A stretch of DNA of 64,000 nucleotides from an uncultured Acidimicrobiia bacterium (GTDB taxonomy: Bacteria > Acidobacteriota > Terriglobia > Versatilivoradales > Versatilivoraceae): NCBI GenBank assembly GCA_963786955.1, contig CAWBAT010000006.1, forward strand, positions 992,001 through 1,056,000, given 5' to 3'. Of this stretch, positions 34,234 to 46,239 are shown one piece after another. The notes under the pieces are model-generated. The model worked only from the letters and a program-made list of their open reading frames with translations. It did not search any database and was not told where the DNA came from. The position numbers and the translations under genes were made by a program. Within the stretch, counting starts at the first letter, position 1. Each line of letters begins with the position of its first letter.

Positions 34234-35265
34234 TTAGTTCTTGTTAGACGAGACATCTGAAGACCATTGGTCGTCGGTGCGAATCCAGGTCTTGTCCGGG
34301 TTGTAAAGCTCCATGCTCTTGACGATGTTGAGCGAGTCAGGTCCCAAGTCTTTCTGATAAACGATGCCGTCATTGCTCACCAAAAAGGTCTTGACCCCTG
34401 TCACACGGTATTCAGCCGGAACGGCAACCAGAGCAAATCCGCCGATCATGATTCCTTTGATCACATAATCGAGCTGGCCGAGTGGCGCCGCCGGACCTTG
34501 CCCTTTCAATACCTTAAAATAGTAACCGTGGTAGCCAGACCGTACGCTTGTGGAATAGCCCTCCTCGATTGCCTTCGCAACCAGCTCGCTGATGGGCCCA
34601 CCGGCTGTGCCGTCTGCGTTTTGCCAGTACAAACCGTCCCGTTTTCCGGGAGTGCTGATGACCTTTTGGGCGTATTGGTGGACCCCCGAATTGTCATGTA
34701 TTTCCGAGGCATAATCTTGTTGTGCCTCCACGAAGCCATGACAGATTTGGATTGCATCCAGCTCGTTAGTTCCGATTCGCCTGAAGAGGATTTCGTCGCG
34801 GCCTTCCTTTGAATTGAAATACCACTTGCCCCCTTTTTTAACGATTGGAACCGGAAAAGGCCAATCCTCCTTGCCTATCACAAGGATAGCTCGGGCTGGG
34901 TTCTTCGGGTCTACGCTGACCGTATTCTTTTCGTGCGCCTTGGCAGCAAATGCTTCGGCATAGTTTTTATCCTGGACCGGGTCGGCAGAGGACACAAAAT
35001 CTTCTCCCTCTGGACCGAATATTGCCAATAAGACCGGTTTATTATAAGGATCTGCTGCCTGAATCAACGCCTCCACCGCTTGTTGCGGCGTATCGAAAGC
35101 TTTTTGTGCGGGTTGTGATGGCACAGGGGCATTCTCTTTCGACTGCGCCCATGCGTGAGAAACGCTGGCCAAAGCGCAGGAAAGGACCGCAATTCCAATG
35201 GAGGGGAGAGCACGCTGCGCAATAATCTTCCATGTCTTTAATCTCATGTCATTATCCTCAGTCAT
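34234..35265 (-). CDS. DUF2950 domain protein (secreted)
   Basis: WPFPVPIV, RRIGTNEL, RDGLYW, YHGYYFK, GFALVAVPAEY and VYQKDLG motifs. Confidence 0.9.
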   Translation of the reverse strand: MTEDNDMRLKTWKIIAQRALPSIGIAVLSCALASVSHAWAQSKENAPVPSQPAQKAFDTPQQAVEALIQAADPYNKPVLLAIFGPEGEDFVSSADPVQDKNYAEAFAAKAHEKNTVSVDPKNPARAILVIGKEDWPFPVPIVKKGGKWYFNSKEGRDEILFRRIGTNELDAIQICHGFVEAQQDYASEIHDNSGVHQYAQKVISTPGKRDGLYWQNADGTAGGPISELVAKAIEEGYSTSVRSGYHGYYFKVLKGQGPAAPLGQLDYVIKGIMIGGFALVAVPAEYRVTGVKTFLVSNDGIVYQKDLGPDSLNIVKSMELYNPDKTWIRTDDQWSSDVSSNKN

Positions 35266-35273
35266 GGTTTGGT

Positions 35274-36686
35274 TTACCTCCTTCTCCCGCCGCCGCCACC
35301 TCTCCCGCCGCCACCCCCGCCGCCTCGGGAGCCTCCCATACTGGAAGAACCTCGCTGGCTGCTGCTGCGAGCGGCACTTCCGCTCACACCACTCGAAGCG
35401 CCACTGAAGGCGCTACGATTTGTGGAGCTTGGTGATCTTGGAACATCTCGATTGCCGACGCGGTCTCCGCCTCCGCCAGAAGCAGTTCTGCCGCCACCGC
35501 GGTCCATCGAACCAGCCTGCTGCCTGCCGCCTCCACCGCCGCGATCCATGGTACCAGCCTGAGCCCCACCACCCGCTCTTGCCTGTTGCTGGCGCGCACT
35601 GGCCTGTCGGTTGGCCATGGAGTCTCCTCGCGTCGTTCCCCCAAATTTATTGGCCGTCGCTCTGTCTCCGTACGGAGCGCCACCGCGGTGCTGCGGGTTA
35701 TGTTGCCATTGGTTACCACCGCCGCGGTTGCCCTGGGGATTGACTCGGTTGCCGCCATTGATGTTGGTGTTACGGTTGAAATTGTTGTTCCTGTTGACGG
35801 TGATGTCATTGTGCCCCCAACCGCAGCCCCAGCCGCCGCCCCAGGCGGCCCCTATCGCCAATCCAACTCCGAAAGAGATCGCCATGCCTGCGGCGTAATA
35901 CCCGTAAGGCGGATAATAAATTGGAGGATAAGGATAGATGGCCGCGCCATAGACTACTGTGGGGTTGTAACTGGGAACATAAATGACTTCCGGATTGGCC
36001 TGCTCGATGACGATCACCTGCTTATTTTCGACGACCTTGGTCTCCACCTTTTGTTGCTCGGTGGATTTCAGGTTCCCCGTGCCCTCGGCCTTCTTGCGCA
36101 TGCGTTGCACAGCCTCCATCACATCACTCTGTTGCGCCAGAACTGCATTTCCCAGGTCGGCGGTCCATTGAATGTCATCCGCAAGTCGTTTCACCACGTC
36201 TGGCAGCGCCGCCATGGCTTGGACGCTCGGGTCCCAATTCTGCTTCTGCACTGCATCCACCAGCGCCTTGTCTTTCAGGTTCTTGTTCTTTGCCAGCCAC
36301 TGTTGAAGCTGGACGATTTCCAGAGGATAAGTGGACGCCGCAAGTACCTGGGCCAACAGCGGATCTGGATAGAGCGCGATGGGCGCAACCAGGGAATCCA
36401 ATTGATCGTTGGAGAGCTTCGCGGCTCCTTCGGTTGCAGCCGGTTGTTGTTGGACCTGCTGTGCCAAAATGATCAACTCGCCAGGCACTAGCAGCACAGC
36501 ACAGAGCAAGGCAACCAGGACACGAAAAGTCCCAGTCGGAATTCGAAATGGGGACCCTTCAGCATACCTGGCTTTTGCCCCCGTTCGTCCGCCAGTTGGG
36601 CATTTCAGAATGAACATCTCGCACCGGCCTCTCGATGAGCGGTTCATTGGCATGGAATAGACGGCAGGCTCTACGCTTGTTGCCAC
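35274..36686 (-). CDS. DUF3300 domain protein with Gly/Arg-rich tail
   Basis: LDSLVAPIALYPDPLL, WDPSVQA, YVPSYNP..VYG and WQHNPQHRGG motifs; start codon uncertain. Confidence 0.9.
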   Translation of the reverse strand: MATSVEPAVYSMPMNRSSRGRCEMFILKCPTGGRTGAKARYAEGSPFRIPTGTFRVLVALLCAVLLVPGELIILAQQVQQQPAATEGAAKLSNDQLDSLVAPIALYPDPLLAQVLAASTYPLEIVQLQQWLAKNKNLKDKALVDAVQKQNWDPSVQAMAALPDVVKRLADDIQWTADLGNAVLAQQSDVMEAVQRMRKKAEGTGNLKSTEQQKVETKVVENKQVIVIEQANPEVIYVPSYNPTVVYGAAIYPYPPIYYPPYGYYAAGMAISFGVGLAIGAAWGGGWGCGWGHNDITVNRNNNFNRNTNINGGNRVNPQGNRGGGNQWQHNPQHRGGAPYGDRATANKFGGTTRGDSMANRQASARQQQARAGGGAQAGTMDRGGGGGRQQAGSMDRGGGRTASGGGGDRVGNRDVPRSPSSTNRSAFSGASSGVSGSAARSSSQRGSSSMGGSRGGGGGGGRGGGGGRRR

Positions 36687-36913
36687 GTCTTTGCTCCTTT
36701 CATTTCCTCAACTTCGTAGTCAGTCCATCCAATTTGAAAGGCCTCATAGAGAACAAGTAACCTAATAAGGCAGTTTCAAGTGGTGGCCGAGTGGAAAACC
36801 ATCATCACAGAATCATTGAGGAAGATTCTTAAGTCAGCCATTGTCAATGAATCCGCGAGGCCCTCTCTTCCAATAGGAAAAAACCACGCCAGGTTCAAAG
36901 GACATTGTGCTTA

Positions 36914-37251
36914 TCAGTGGCGATGGCGGCGTTTGACCTTCAACTGTGCCAGCGAACGAGTTAAACTGGCATTGATGGAAGCCACTTCTTCGGCAGAAAT
37001 CTTTTCGCGCAGTCGGGCTTCGGCACGTCGACGCGCTTCTTCGACCTTTGCTTCGTCGATCCTTTCGGCGCAATCGCCATATCCGTAAGGATAGCTACCC
37101 GGTCTCCTGTGATTTCGACAAGCTCCTCGCCCACAGCGAAAAAATCATCGTGACCGTTTTTGCGAATAATGATCTCGCCTGGCACCATCGGTGTCATCAA
37201 CCGGATGTACTCTGGCAGAATCCCCCATCTGGCCCTCCAGGGCACGGCAGA
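36914..37251 (-). pseudogene. atpC: ATP synthase epsilon subunit remnant (second copy)
   Basis: GILPEYIRLMT..GEIIIRK..DRVAILTDMA|ERIDEAKVEEARRRAEARL..LAQLKVKRR; N-terminus missing, frame breaks. Confidence 0.8.
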
Positions 37252-37630
37252 TGAAATGATACTTCAGTTCCAATTGAACTGAGAACCAAAATATCAGTCG
37301 AGCTTGCTCGCTTGACAAAAGCCCCCGAGATTGCTTGCGGGTCAGAAATCTCAATCCCCGAACAAAACACTAAGGGGGGAGAGGGAGCTATCCACTCCCC
37401 TGTGGCCCCCCCTTGTGCAAGGGGAGCAAATCCTACCTTGTCCCCCATTGCACACAGGGGGGGGACTTTAGGGGGGTCCACCTTCGGGAGGAGGGTCCCA
37501 GCAGGCGCTGGTTGTGGTGAACGCCACCGCCGCGAGGAGCGCGGTGACAAAGAGGTTTTGGCAGCGGTTGTTCTTCGTTGTCTTCTCCTATCAGTGAGTG
37601 TTGGGAAAAAATGATTCTCTTGACGACGCT

Positions 37631-38095
37631 TTATTTATTCATTGGCGCCGCAGAGCGCGGTTCTAACCCGGTTTTTCTTTGTATTTCTTTGCTGATCCAT
37701 CGGCTGACGAACGCGAAGAAAAGACCGGTCGAGAGCCCGCACATGAGAATACCGGTCAGTGCCTCAATCGGCGCGAACATCCGCCACGGCTTGGGCAACA
37801 CGAGATCGCCGTAGCCAACGGTCGTGTAGGTGACTCCGGAAAAATAGAATGCGGTCTCGGCATCGGGCAGACAGCCCTGCCAGAAATAAAATAGCCCCCA
37901 GATAGAAATCTCGACCAAGTGGATCAGAATCAGCCAGCTCGTCAAGCCGATCACCCACCGGGTGACGGGGCGGAAGCCCGACGTGGCCAGGGTGTGCGAC
38001 CGCATCATAGCCCGGAGCAGCCTGGCAAATCCGACGGCATGTATGACCACCGTGATAGCCACCAGCAAACAGGCGCTGAGAATTTTTATGAGCAT
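37631..38095 (-). CDS. potassium channel pore-domain protein (Ion_trans_2-like)
   Basis: 154 aa; AFYFSGVTYTTVGYGD selectivity filter. Confidence 0.9.
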   Translation of the reverse strand: MLIKILSACLLVAITVVIHAVGFARLLRAMMRSHTLATSGFRPVTRWVIGLTSWLILIHLVEISIWGLFYFWQGCLPDAETAFYFSGVTYTTVGYGDLVLPKPWRMFAPIEALTGILMCGLSTGLFFAFVSRWISKEIQRKTGLEPRSAAPMNK

Positions 38096-38178
38096 TGTCG
38101 GTGATCTTGCATTCGTTATTTGCTCCGCCCCGGACCGGCGGAATTTCCTTCAGGCTCTCCAGGTATCCGGGAACGAAC

Positions 38179-38300
38179 GCCGGAGATCTCGGTTTAACCC
38201 AACACCCCCGGGATGCCGAAGGCGACCAGCGTGATAACAGCAGTGATTTCAGCTGGGATCTAAGCGGCCGTGATCGGCAGCACCCCCTGCCGGATGGGCA
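38179..38300 (-). pseudogene. decayed 5' fragment of a SulP gene
   Basis: Colinear 122 bp match to 42685-42806; translates LPIRQGVLPITAA*IPAEITAVITLVAFGIPGVLG*TEISG. Confidence 0.8.
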
Positions 38301-38368
38301 AGCGAAAGGGCGCGGGGCAATCGTGTGTTCATTTCAAAGTTGTACCATTCTTAAGTTGATAGGTTTGT

Positions 38369-39754
38369 TCACTCCATGACGGCTTCCACGCGTCCTGAAC
38401 GCACCGCCTCCTTGAAAATTGCATGGTCGCGTTCGGTTTGATCGGCGTAGGCCTTGGCGAACGCCGCGATGGCGGTGTCGAAGGCGTCGCTTTTGCCAAG
38501 GTATCCGCTAATGGGTGCTGCCCCGCCGGAGCGCGCATGCGCCCGCGCCAGCGTCCATCCGCAAAAATCGGCATACCTGATCATCTCGCCTGAACTAAAC
38601 TGCTCGACCGGAGCCCCCATCTTCATGTCCCGGAGCTGGCGAACGTAGAAATGCCGGTCGAGCCTGGTCTTCCCCCAGCCAAGTAAGATGTCACTCGCCG
38701 ATTGCATCAGGCGGCATCCGTTCACGACCCGCTGCCCATGATTCGGGTAGATGCTCCTACCGGCATACGCCTCCAGCACCGACGGACGCGCCTCTTTAAT
38801 CTGGAGAAACAGGTGATCCTTTTTGCCAGCCATCATGAGCGCCACCGAGCACCAGGTGCCGACGCTACCGACCCCGACCACCTTGCACGCGATATCCGTG
38901 AGCTCAAACCGATCGATGAGCGCACGCCGGTCTTCCGGCAGTGATTTCCGATAGCCGGCGAAAGCCTCGCGGCTGACCTCGAGCGAGTCTTCACCTTCTT
39001 CCTGCACGTGGTAGATCAGCGGCGGGTTGTCCTTGATGGTTGGCGATTGACCGGAGCGGGCCACGATTTCGGGAAAATGGTGTTCCGACATGCTCTTGGC
39101 ACGGTCAGTGGCAAACCGTTTCAGTTTCCGCCGGCGAGTCTCCGCATCATTGATCCCTAAGAGCAACCTTTCGACGTCGATGCTGGCATACCAGATTTCC
39201 AGCACCGTCATTTGGCTGTATTCCTCCAGGTGTTCCCGATAGGCCCGCATACAGGACAGCACAGCATCCTGGGCATCACTGCGGCGGAGACCGTTCTCGC
39301 GACACGCCAGAACAAAGCTGGCCGCGAGCCGCTTGACATCCCATTCCCAAGGGGCGGGAAGCGTTTCATCCAGATCATTGATGTCGAAAACGATTCTTCG
39401 TTCCGGTGTGGCATAGGCCCCGAAGTTGTGCAGATGGCAGTCGCCGCACGCCTGCACACGCAGGCCCGTTGCCGGCGACCCCGCCAGGTCCACCGCCATG
39501 TGGAGTGCCGCTCCCCGGTAGAAGGTGAACGGCGTCCGGACCATGCGTCCACTGCGAATGGGAATCAGTCTAGCGATGCGTCCCTGGTTTGATCCCTCCA
39601 GCAACTGCAACGGATCCGGGCGGTTGTCAGCCGCTTTCCAGAACGCATGGGAACTGCGCGGGCACTTTTCTCGGAGACTCCTGCCCATGGCACGGAGTTC
39701 AGCCAACGAAGGCCGCGACTCGGAGCCAAGATGTTGTCTGCGGAAGGTCTTCAT
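38369..39754 (-). CDS. DUF2252 domain-containing protein (paralog 2)
   Basis: 461 aa; FTFYRG, CGDCHLHNFG, INDLDE and KVVGVGSVG motifs. Confidence 0.88.
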   Translation of the reverse strand: MKTFRRQHLGSESRPSLAELRAMGRSLREKCPRSSHAFWKAADNRPDPLQLLEGSNQGRIARLIPIRSGRMVRTPFTFYRGAALHMAVDLAGSPATGLRVQACGDCHLHNFGAYATPERRIVFDINDLDETLPAPWEWDVKRLAASFVLACRENGLRRSDAQDAVLSCMRAYREHLEEYSQMTVLEIWYASIDVERLLLGINDAETRRRKLKRFATDRAKSMSEHHFPEIVARSGQSPTIKDNPPLIYHVQEEGEDSLEVSREAFAGYRKSLPEDRRALIDRFELTDIACKVVGVGSVGTWCSVALMMAGKKDHLFLQIKEARPSVLEAYAGRSIYPNHGQRVVNGCRLMQSASDILLGWGKTRLDRHFYVRQLRDMKMGAPVEQFSSGEMIRYADFCGWTLARAHARSGGAAPISGYLGKSDAFDTAIAAFAKAYADQTERDHAIFKEAVRSGRVEAVME

Positions 39755-39779
39755 GGTTTTATCCTTTCGGCGGCTGTGG

Positions 39780-40687
39780 CTATTCCTTTTTTAGCAGCTC
39801 CTGCTTGGCCGCGGCGAGTTCCTTGAGCTTGTCCGGGCCAACTTCTGGATAGGCGAGATTCAACGAGGCCAGAGTGTCGATCACCGCGGCAGCAACGACA
39901 ACGCGCGTGAACCACTTGTTGTCCGCAGGCACGACGTACCACGGCGCGTTCTTGGTGGCAGTCTGGCGGATCATGTCCTCGTAGGCCTCCTGGTATTCGT
40001 CCCAGAACCCGCGCTCCTTCATGTCGGCGGAGGAGAACTTCCAGTTCTTCTCCGGGGTCTCCAGCCGTTCGAGGAACCGCCGCTTTTGCTCCTTCTTCGA
40101 GACGTGCAGGAAGAACTTGCAGATGACGACACCGTTGTTGGTGAGGTAACGCTCGAAGCTGCGGATGTCATGGAAGCGCTCTTGCCAGATGTTCTTGCCG
40201 ACCAGTTCGGGCGGGAGCTTCTGTTTCGCCAGATACTCCGGATGCACGCGGACCACCAGCGTCTCCTCGTAGTAGCTGCGGTTGAAGATGCCGATGTGGC
40301 CGCGGTTGGGCAGGCACCTTCATGCAGCGCCAGAGATAATCGTGGTCGAGATCCTCGGCCGAGGGCGATTTGAAGGAGGTGACCTGGCAGCCCTGCGGGT
40401 TGACGCCGGACATGACATGCTTGATGGCGCCATCCTTGCCCGCGGCGTCCATCGCCTGGAAAATCAGGAGCACCGCCCATTTGTCCTGCGCGTAGAGCTT
40501 GTCCTGCAGTTCGCAGAGCACTTCGACTGCCCATGGCCAGCGCTTCCTTGGCGCGCGGCTTGTCCTCGGCCTTGAGGTCGAGCGTCTCCCCGGGATCAAT
40601 GTCTTTGAGCCGAAATTTGTCGCCATTGGTAATGCGGAACGGTTCGACGAGTTCGCTGGCCTTCTTGATGAGTTCTTTGGTTTTCAT
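39780..40687 (-). CDS. ppk2: polyphosphate kinase 2 (class III-like), two frameshifts
   Basis: [10 protein letters not shown] Walker [25 protein letters not shown] across three frames; breaks at about 40530 and 40318. Confidence 0.88.
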
Positions 40688-41112
40688 GGTTTGCCTTTCT
40701 ATGTTGAATTCCTGTTTTAGTTTTTTCCTTATTGCTTGGTATGGTCTTCCGCTAACCGCCTTGAGTTATGGACATGGAGCGGTTTAATTCAGTCACCTAA
40801 GGGCATTTGTTTTTAATGACCCTGCAGATTCGCGGTTCAGTTGCTTGCTCTAGCGTTTCAGATCCCATTCCTTGAGTTTCTTCGCCGCCGTGCCAACGGA
40901 CCGAGCTGATAGACAGCTGCGGCAGCGGGCGAAAAGGTGAACGACGCAAATGGCTCGGCGAGCATCTGGTCGGGGTACTCTTTCGGGGCGGTGCCCGTTT
41001 TGACGTGCCGAGATTGTCCGGAGTGTTTGGCATAGTTTTTTTGTCGCTTTTATTCAATTGACTCCGTTGACGGTCCCGCCCAGTGGCACGACGGTCATGC
41101 GTCGTGATCAAC

Positions 41113-42837
41113 TCACCCCGGCGTCGGATCTGACCACTTAGACGGAGCTGCGATTTTGAACTGCTGACGATACTGCTTCACGACATCTTCCAAATGGTCG
41201 TAGAAGGCATCCTCGCCGAGCAGCTCCCGGAACCGATAATGTGCCTTGCCCTTGAGGTCCTCCATGACCTCCGCAACGACCAGCCGTATGCCTTTCGCCT
41301 TCAACTTCGCGTGAACCGACCGGAGGGTTTCCGCCGCCGAGTAGTCCACATCGTCCACTGCGGACGCCTCAAAGCAGAGCCAGCGCACCGGGGGCTCCGC
41401 GGTGTTCGCAAGAAACGAGATCTCATCTGAGAGTTGCTGGCAATTTGCGTAGTACAAGCTGTGCGTGAACCGGTAGATGACCAGGCCGGGCACGGCTTGC
41501 GCGGCCGTGGCCACCGGCTCTGGTTGTCGGCCGCCGGACTTGTTCGGCACGAGCACTGCATTCCTCGGACGATACCCGTAGCGGGTGTGTTCGATGAGCG
41601 ACAACGCGATGGCGAGCAAGATTCCCTGTTCGACGCCAACGATCACAACCATCAACGCGGTGATGAATGCCACCCAGAATTCCGATCGCCGTTGCGCGAA
41701 GACCTTCCGCATCCCAGCAATATCGATCAGGCCGACGCCGATGAGAAACACGATGGCCGACAAGGCCGCTTCGGGCATGAACGCCAGCGGTGCGGTCAGG
41801 AAGAGCAAGACCAACAAAACGATCGCCGCCATCGCCAGCAGCGACAGTTGGCTCCGGCCGCCCGCGCTGTCGACGATTTGCGTCTTGGTTGGGCTGCCGT
41901 TGACGACGAAGGTGCCGGACAGGCCGGCGCCAATATTGGCCAGGGCCAGACCGACCAGGTCGCTGTTCTCGCTGAAACTCTCGTCGTAGCGCGTGGCATA
42001 GGCGCGGGAGGTCGCCGCACTCTGAGCAAGGATGACTACGAACATCGCAAAGGCTGTCGGAATCAATGTCGTGATGACTTGCCAGTTCCAGTCCACCGCG
42101 GGCAGACCCAGGTGTGGCAAGCCACTCGGAACGGTCCCAAGCACGTGCACCTTTGTGTTAAGTCCGAACGCCCCGCTTGCCACCAGAGCTCCGATCACCG
42201 CAATCAATTCCGCCGGGATTTTCTTCGAGAGCTTCTTGAGGCCGAGGATGACCACCAACACGCCGAGCGTGGTCATCAATTCGTAGCGGTTGACCTGTCC
42301 GAGTTGCTGCAAGTTGTTCCAAAGCTTCCCCAGCGTGCCGTGGCCGCTCCCCTTCAGGCCGAGCATGCCGGCGATCTGCCCCAGCGCGACCTGAACGCCG
42401 ACCCCGGTCAGGAACCCGATCAACACGGTGCGCGAGAGAAAGTCGGCCAGGAATCCCAGGCGCATGACCCGCGCCAGAATCAGGAAAACCGCGGCCATCA
42501 GCGCCAGCACGCCGGCCAACCCCAGATATTGCTCCGACCCGATGGATGCGATCCCCACGAGACCGGCGGCGAGTATGGCCGCCGTCGCCGAATCGGCGCC
42601 CACCACCAGGTGCCGAGAGGAGCCAAACAAGGCGAACAGAGCTGTGGGGATGAGCATGGTGTAGAGACCTGTAATCACCGGCGTGCCGGAGATCTTGGTG
42701 TAGCCCATCACCTCCGGGATGGCGATGGCGGCCAGCGTGATACCGGCCAGGATTTCAGCCGGAATCCGGTCGGCCGTGATCGGCAGCACCCCCTGCAGGA
42801 TGGGCAGATGCCGGGAAATTGTTGGCTTTTCTGACAT
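41113..42837 (-). CDS. SulP family anion transporter with STAS domain (paralog 1)
   Basis: IPEVMGY, GSSRHLVVGADSA, GAGLSGTFVVNGS and C-terminal STAS (VDYSAA). Confidence 0.9.
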   Translation of the reverse strand: MSEKPTISRHLPILQGVLPITADRIPAEILAGITLAAIAIPEVMGYTKISGTPVITGLYTMLIPTALFALFGSSRHLVVGADSATAAILAAGLVGIASIGSEQYLGLAGVLALMAAVFLILARVMRLGFLADFLSRTVLIGFLTGVGVQVALGQIAGMLGLKGSGHGTLGKLWNNLQQLGQVNRYELMTTLGVLVVILGLKKLSKKIPAELIAVIGALVASGAFGLNTKVHVLGTVPSGLPHLGLPAVDWNWQVITTLIPTAFAMFVVILAQSAATSRAYATRYDESFSENSDLVGLALANIGAGLSGTFVVNGSPTKTQIVDSAGGRSQLSLLAMAAIVLLVLLFLTAPLAFMPEAALSAIVFLIGVGLIDIAGMRKVFAQRRSEFWVAFITALMVVIVGVEQGILLAIALSLIEHTRYGYRPRNAVLVPNKSGGRQPEPVATAAQAVPGLVIYRFTHSLYYANCQQLSDEISFLANTAEPPVRWLCFEASAVDDVDYSAAETLRSVHAKLKAKGIRLVVAEVMEDLKGKAHYRFRELLGEDAFYDHLEDVVKQYRQQFKIAAPSKWSDPTPG

Positions 42838-43082
42838 AATCTCTCCTAGAAAACCATTCAGTTCTGCTGCAATAAGTCGTCCGGGTTCTTCCACTGCGCT
42901 TCATAGCAAAACCCGTCAAGCTCGCCCCAGTAAATCGTTGACAGTGAGGCGGAGGTCTGCGAGCACAGCTGCGACGCTATGCGGACTGCTCTCAGACGGT
43001 ATCTGTGCGGCGGAGTAATCTTGTGCTGACGCCTTTCGCGGCCTACTTCGCATACTCCCACGCGACCCGGGTTTGAGGATTG

Positions 43083-43289
43083 TTACTCTCTCCCAATATC
43101 GATAGGCTGAGGAAACAAATACACGCCAGAGCTGCAGGGAGCGGGGGGCAACTGCCCAAGTTGAGTTTCCGGCAGTGGAGCTTTTGTCTGTGCTAAGCAG
43201 CAAGCGCAAATTAAACCGATCACGATGAGAGCCCCCATCGCCCGCCGCGCGCTGCCACGGGTTGGACTCATGAACGCTGTCCTGTTCAT
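43083..43289 (-). CDS. small hypothetical protein (may extend to 42916 via frameshift)
   Basis: RBS-like aagagg before ATG 43289; signal-peptide-like hydrophobic stretch. Confidence 0.35.
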   Translation of the reverse strand: MNRTAFMSPTRGSARRAMGALIVIGLICACCLAQTKAPLPETQLGQLPPAPCSSGVYLFPQPIDIGRE

Positions 43290-43438
43290 GGCACTTTCCT
43301 CTTGTTCTATCGACGCGGCGCGTCCCGCCGCTGAACCGTGCACATCGAATGACGGGAGAAAGATCTTTGTCAGCTGCCGCAGCGCGCCAAGCGCGCCGGG
43401 CAGATCAGACTGGGCGCGTTGAGATCTGTTTGGGCACT

Positions 43439-43850
43439 TCATTTGCGTTGCCGGCGCTTGACGCGCAACTGGGCCAGGGAGCGAGCCAGCGAGGCGTTGA
43501 TGGTGGCGACTTCTTCGTCGGAGAGTTTTTCCTTCAGCCGAGCCTCGGCGCGCTGCCGGGCTTCTTCGGCCTTGGCTTCGTCAATCTTGTCGGCTTGCAC
43601 TGCCAGATCGGTGAGGATCGAGACGCGGGTGGCCGTGACTTCGATCAGCCCGCCGCCACACGCGAAGAACGTGTCGCGGCCGTCTTTGCGCACGATGATT
43701 TCGCCCGGCTCCATCTGCGTCATCAGCGGGACGTGCTGTGGGTACACGCCGAACTGGCCGGCCACGCCCGGCAACGTGACCATCTCCACATCTTCGGAGT
43801 ACGACCGGGCCTTCCGCGGTGACGATTTCAAGTTTGAGCGTGTTGGCCAT
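43439..43850 (-). CDS. atpC: F1Fo ATP synthase epsilon subunit (one frameshift)
   Basis: MANTLKLEIVTAE|YSEDVEMVTLPGVAGQFGVYPQHVPL. Confidence 0.88.
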
Positions 43851-43918
43851 GGTTAGCTCCTTACAGCTGGCGACCTCTTATTCCCCTGACCCTCTCCCCG
43901 TCGGGGCGAGGGGAAAGC

Positions 43919-45324
<1,406 letters not shown>

Positions 45325-45338
45325 GGTGCACTCTTTCG

Positions 45339-46213
45339 TTAATCGTTGCCGAGCTGGCCGCCGGCAATTTCGAGCAGTTCCTTCGTGATATTGCCCTGCC
45401 GCAGCTTGTTGTATTCGAGCGTCAGGTCATTGATCAGGCCGCTGGCGTTGTCCGTGGCGTTCTTCATGGCCACCATGCGGGCGCTTTGTTCGCTGGCTTT
45501 GGCTTCCAGCAAGACCCGGTAGATGAAAATGTTGAGGTAATGCCCCAGGAGATACGAGAGCACCGCCTCCGGACTGGGCTCAAAGAGGATACTCGGTTGT
45601 GTCGGCGGCCAGGTCCGCTTCGGACTCCGCGCCAGGAATCTTCAGTCCCTTGATTTCGCCAATCGGCAGAAACTCAACGACACCGGCCTTCTGGGTCAGC
45701 GTGTTGATGAACCGCGTCGCGACGACCTTCACTTCATCCACTTCGCCCTTCAAAAACAGGTCGCGGGCAAAGTTGGCAATCGGCCGGGCTTCGGCGAATC
45801 GCGGCGAGTCCGTGAAGGTGAACTCCGCCGCCAACTGCCGGCGGGTGCGCGCGACGAACTGCGACGCCCGCTTGCCGGCCGTGATGAACACGGTCGTCGC
45901 CGGATCAAACTGCGCAGCCACGCGGAACAGGTTGGTGTTGAGCGCGCCCGCACAGCCCTTTGTCCGTGCCGACGAGGATCACTGCGCGCTTGCGAACTTC
46001 GCGCACCTCCAGCAGCGGATGGGTGAAATCGCGGACGCGAGTCGTGGCGCGCCGCTGGATGCGATACAGCAGTTGCGCGAACGGCCGCGTCATCAGCGTG
46101 GCCTGTTGCGCCTTGCGCATCTTCGACGCCGCCACCATCTGCATCGCGCGAGTGATCTGCGCGGTGCTGGTGATCGACTTGATGCGCCGGCGAAGTTCAC
46201 GAGGGCTGGGCAT
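45339..46213 (-). CDS. atpG: F1Fo ATP synthase gamma subunit (2 frameshifts)
   Basis: [30 protein letters not shown] and [12 protein letters not shown] motifs. Confidence 0.92.
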
Positions 46214-46239
46214 AACTCACCGTCAGCGCATTCCAGCTT

